Below are positions 60,202 to 64,000 of a stretch of DNA of 64,000 nt, piece by piece. Positions within the stretch are counted from its first letter, which is position 1. Each line of letters starts with the position of its first letter. The notes beneath the pieces were generated by a model. It was not told where the DNA came from and did no database searches. It saw nothing but the letters and a program-made list of their open reading frames with translations. This DNA is from the human T2T-CHM13v2.0 reference genome, Homo sapiens. A program made the translations under genes and the position numbers. The stretch lies in the NCBI RefSeq assembly GCF_009914755.1, contig NC_060943.1; one strand, given 5' to 3'.

Positions 60202-62349
60202 CTACGTAGAGGGAGAGAGAAACCAGTGTGAGAGAAATGGTGTGGAATGTACCATTTAAGTCACAAGAACAGAAGAACCGCAGACTGAGCCAACCTCCTG
60301 CGCCCTGGTGGCTGATGGGCACAAGAACGGCACTGGAGACTGGAGCCCTGCCCCGTGCCTGGCTAACCCTGGGTAGGGACAGACCCACCGCCCGCTTAGA
60401 AAGGTCACAGAGGCAGAATGCATGGATGCCTTGGAAACCGCCCCCAGCCTGCTCAGCTTCTAGAGAGTGGCCCTGGTTCCCACTAGCAAGCTCCACGTGT
60501 GCCCTGCCTGAGCGCACGCCGGCATTTCCTTTACTGCCCTCAAGTGGCTTCTTTTGAATTTGAGTGATGCCCCTGCCCTGTCCCACCAGCCAGGTGTGGC
60601 AAGCCCACCAGGCCCCTGCTGACTCTGAGCTCATCTCACCCAGGGGCTGTGCACTGTCTAGTCTCAGGAAGGCGATGCCAGCCCTTCCTCCTGGGTCTAC
60701 AAGAAAGGAGGTACCAGAATGCAGGACCCCCAGTGGAGGGGAAAGAGCAAACAGCCTCATCTCTGCATTCCTCCAGATCCCCCAAACAAAAAGCTCAAAC
60801 TCTAAAAAGCAGAACCTATTATATACACTGTTGAGGAGGAGAAAAAAAAGAAAAAGAAACAGGCTAAGGAATAAAGTCTTGTCCTTTCTTTCCTTTTTTG
60901 GGGTATCCAACATGGCTCCCTGGACCAGGGAGGGGCACTGGGCTTGTTCCCACCCACGTAGCAGAGCGGATGCCTCTGCTGGAGTCACGGATGCAACCGA
61001 CGTGCTACTCCCTGGCCCCTGAGTGCGGGCATGGGAAAAACCCGCCCACTGGCGGCCTCTCACTCTGGGCCACATTCCACAAGGCTCGCCCTCACCCGCC
61101 CATGAAGCCCCAGAATCCCTCCAGCTGCAAATGCTGGCTGTTTGTGGGGGGAGTCACCTGGCTGTGCAGACAGAAAGGCTACTGCCCTATCTTCAAGTCT
61201 CTTCCTACTCCCCCACCTCCAGGGTCCTCACCATTCCCCTAGGTAAGCGCCACACTCTGGAGCAGGCAAGCAGCAGGCCTGGAGATGGACTAAGTCCCTC
61301 AAAGACCCTGGGGGTCAGGAAGCTGAGGCTGGTTGTGTGGTAAGAACGCCCCATGGCCTCTGTCTGCACTTCCCAGCTCAAATCTTTCCAAAACATCAAG
61401 CATTCCTTTTTCCCCTGGAGCTATTAAGAAACACCCACATGCTCCAATCCTGGGAAAAGGAAGCCAGGAAACTAAAATAGCTGGACTGCGCTCCCGTTCC
61501 AACTAGACGACCAGACCAAAGCCCAGGAGGATCTCTCACACCTCCCTGAGACCCTGTCCCAGCCCAGGTAGCTGAGGTTAAACGGGTATTCCTAAGAGGG
61601 ACATAAGCTGTGGGGACACTTCTGCTCACAAAGACCTGTGCATGACACTTGGGAAGAACCAGATGTCAGCTATGTGACAAGTGAAAGCTAGAAGATTCCT
61701 AGGACATGCCCTGCCCCATGTGCTTGGCAGACCTAACCCCAGTGCTAATGACAGCAAAGCCACAGTACTGTCCACAGCCCACCTGGGACAGTGTCTTCCT
61801 CCAGCCTGCTCCACCCAGGTCTGCAGATGCCCTAGGGGTGGTGGGAGAGTGGCATTTGTGCCCTACCCCTGCCTGTCTCAATACAGAATCCTCAAGCAGC
61901 TCCAGGCTTTAGCTGGAATCACAGCTCAATGGAAGACCACAGCCCAAGCAATAGCTGGAATCAGAGGAAGTGGTAGGGCTGGCCCACTGCACTGCATGCT
62001 GCTGGGGCAGAGGGTGGGGAATACATGGTGGCCTGGGACACAGCTGGGAAAGCAGCACCCACCCCCGCCATCCTCCTCCTGCCTGTGTTCCGTTGCTCCC
62101 TGAACTAGAGCCTGGCCCCAGAGGACCACCCCACGCCTGCATCAGTCCACAGCATCCCGGTCTATGGATAGCTACCAAGAGGGGTGTTCATGTATCACAC
62201 CCCCCAGCCTCAATCTAGTGACTCCATTCGTTTTCTTCTGGTGATTCATGTCTCAGGGCCGTTGTCAGCGGAACTAACCCCGTAGTATAAGTGACAAAAA
62301 TAGGCCCTTTCAGGAATTTCGGCTCCAATCCAAATGGAAACACAAGAAC

Positions 62350-62370
62350 GGGGGGGGGGGGGGGGGGGGG
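62350..62370. repeat. G21 homopolymer in BRD4 intron 11
   Basis: Direct reading. Confidence 0.9.
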
Positions 62371-64000
62371 CGGGGGCGCGGGCCTGCAAATCAACTAGGC
62401 ACCAAAAGACCAAAGGGAAATAATGTTCCCCCACCCTGACCCACTCCCGTTAAGGCAGAGCTGCCTGTAACGGGCCATGGACATCAGGGCTGCCGGGATT
62501 CCTGGACCCAGGAGAGCAGCTGCTGAAGGAGCTACGCCCCCTCTGCCCCCCGCCCTGAGAGTGCAGAGTCCTGTGCGGGACAGGGCAGCAGAAGGCTGTA
62601 TTTACTGGTGCCAGGGTGTGGGTTCCCATTTCGGGATCTGCCGTACGAAACCCTCGCAGCGGCCCCTCCTGAGAGGAGAAGCACCCTGCCGGCCCACGAC
62701 AGAGCTCACTCAGTGCACACAGAAGGCAAAGGAAAGCCCCTGCTGGCCAGGATTGGGAAGACAAAAGGGAGCCAAGCAAAACCCAAGGTGGGGAGGGCGC
62801 CTGGGAAGAGGGGAAGGCCAGAGCCCAGATAGCTGCATGAGCGGCCAGGGCTGGACCGCCAGAGCCTGGGAGCCTGGGAGCCAGCGGCTCTGAGACTGTA
62901 AATCTCGCCCTCCTTCCCGCCAGGACAGCTGTTCCCAGGACTCTCAGATTACTTGTTGCACAATCTTTCCACTTTTTTTTAAAGTGGGGGAGTGAAAAAA
63001 TAATAAAATCTCGGCAGCGGCAGGAGGGGTGTGGGGCACTCGTTCAGGAAACCAGGAGCATTCCCACTCCTCTCCCAAAGCAGAGGAGCCCAGAAGAGGG
63101 ACGCAGAGGCCAAGGGCAAAGGCCATGATCACACACTGGAAATCAGGATGTGATGGCCACAGCCCTCTAAGGTGTCTTGTCTTGTGAGGGCTAAAGCAGC
63201 ACACTGCCACGACCACGTCATGTCATTTTAGTTAATCAGGTCCCCTGACAATTTCAGCATCTGGGGTTTCCACTTGGTCACTCAGATCCTCAGATGAGAA
63301 GACTACAAAACCCCTGGTAGGAGAAGTCAACTAGAAAACAGGAGGTGCAAAAACCCAGAGGAAGGCAAGCTGGAGGCTTGGCTGGCATGGAAAGTGAAAA
63401 GTCAGCGGCCACCAGGAATGCTAATTGGATCCAAGAATACAGCCATTCACCCCAGTCACTCTGCTGCGAGTGGGGGCCCTAGCTTCGGGTGGCAAAGCCA
63501 GCCCTTCCTGGGCAGCCATGGGGTGCAGTGCCTCCTGCTGGCTGATGGATTACAAAAGCAGTGTGGGGAGAGTAACGGTTAGAGATGAAAGGGTGAAGGA
63601 TGGCGACAGGGAAGGCCAGGAGGCCAGTGAGCTGCCCACGGCATTCTGCATGCAGTTGTGGTAGAGAATGTGGGCATCTGGAGTCCTGGAGGGTCCTTCA
63701 GCCCACTTCAAGGCAAGTCTCCTCACTCACCTGGGAAGCAGAGGGCACCAGGCTGTCCAAGGGAAGAGGAATACTGACAAGGCCCGAGGTGCCACCTACC
63801 CCCACCCCATCTGTGCACACACACCTCAGAGCAACATGGCTCTCCCCAGCTGCCGTGAAGGGTCCTCAATCTTCCTTGGCACGATCAAGTTATTTACATG
63901 CACTGATTATTGAGGGTTAGCATTTATTTCTAGTTAGAATAAAATCCCAGGGATGGGACAGGCCCGTGGGAGAACATGCAGGAGTCTACTGCCAAAACAC

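Noticed and set aside
60299-60313. CTCF-like motif GCCACCAGGGCGCAG (and similar motifs near 6636, 11010 and 24905)
   Set aside because: Each has mismatches at core positions, and such matches are expected by chance in GC-rich DNA; not supportable without ChIP data.
60191-61075. 294-aa ORF ending in ...YVGPA
   Set aside because: Only the last 11 nt are the BRD4-S exon; the rest is intron without coding character.

Overview
Human (or near-identical hominid) genomic DNA from the chr19p13.12 NOTCH3-EPHX3-BRD4 locus. All three genes lie head-to-tail on the minus strand. The window holds NOTCH3 exons 1-7 plus part of exon 8 (signal peptide and EGF repeats; the exon 3-4 hotspot arginines I checked are intact), the complete 7-exon EPHX3 CDS (1083 nt, 360 aa), and the 3' part of BRD4 (long-isoform exons 12-20 with a two-site 3' UTR, and the short-isoform '-GPA*' terminal exon). 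I placed exon boundaries from GT-AG sites and frame continuity. The 12-41 kb interval is extremely Alu-dense, with older L1, L2, MIR, MLT1, MER1A, MER3 and ERVL-LTR remnants. Most short ORFs in the supplied track are Alu or GC-rich artefacts. I see no exotic system such as CRISPR or a prophage. The best candidate for something undescribed is an orphan CpG-island promoter at ~34.3-34.9 kb with three CCAAT boxes and four tandem RFX X-boxes but no recognisable gene. Other leads are a strong unexplained 3' splice site that would give a new BRD4-short C-terminus, a frame-compatible BRD4-EPHX3 read-through junction, a transposon-derived EPHX3 poly(A) region, and an Alu-bracketed NOTCH3 exon 3-6 circRNA candidate.
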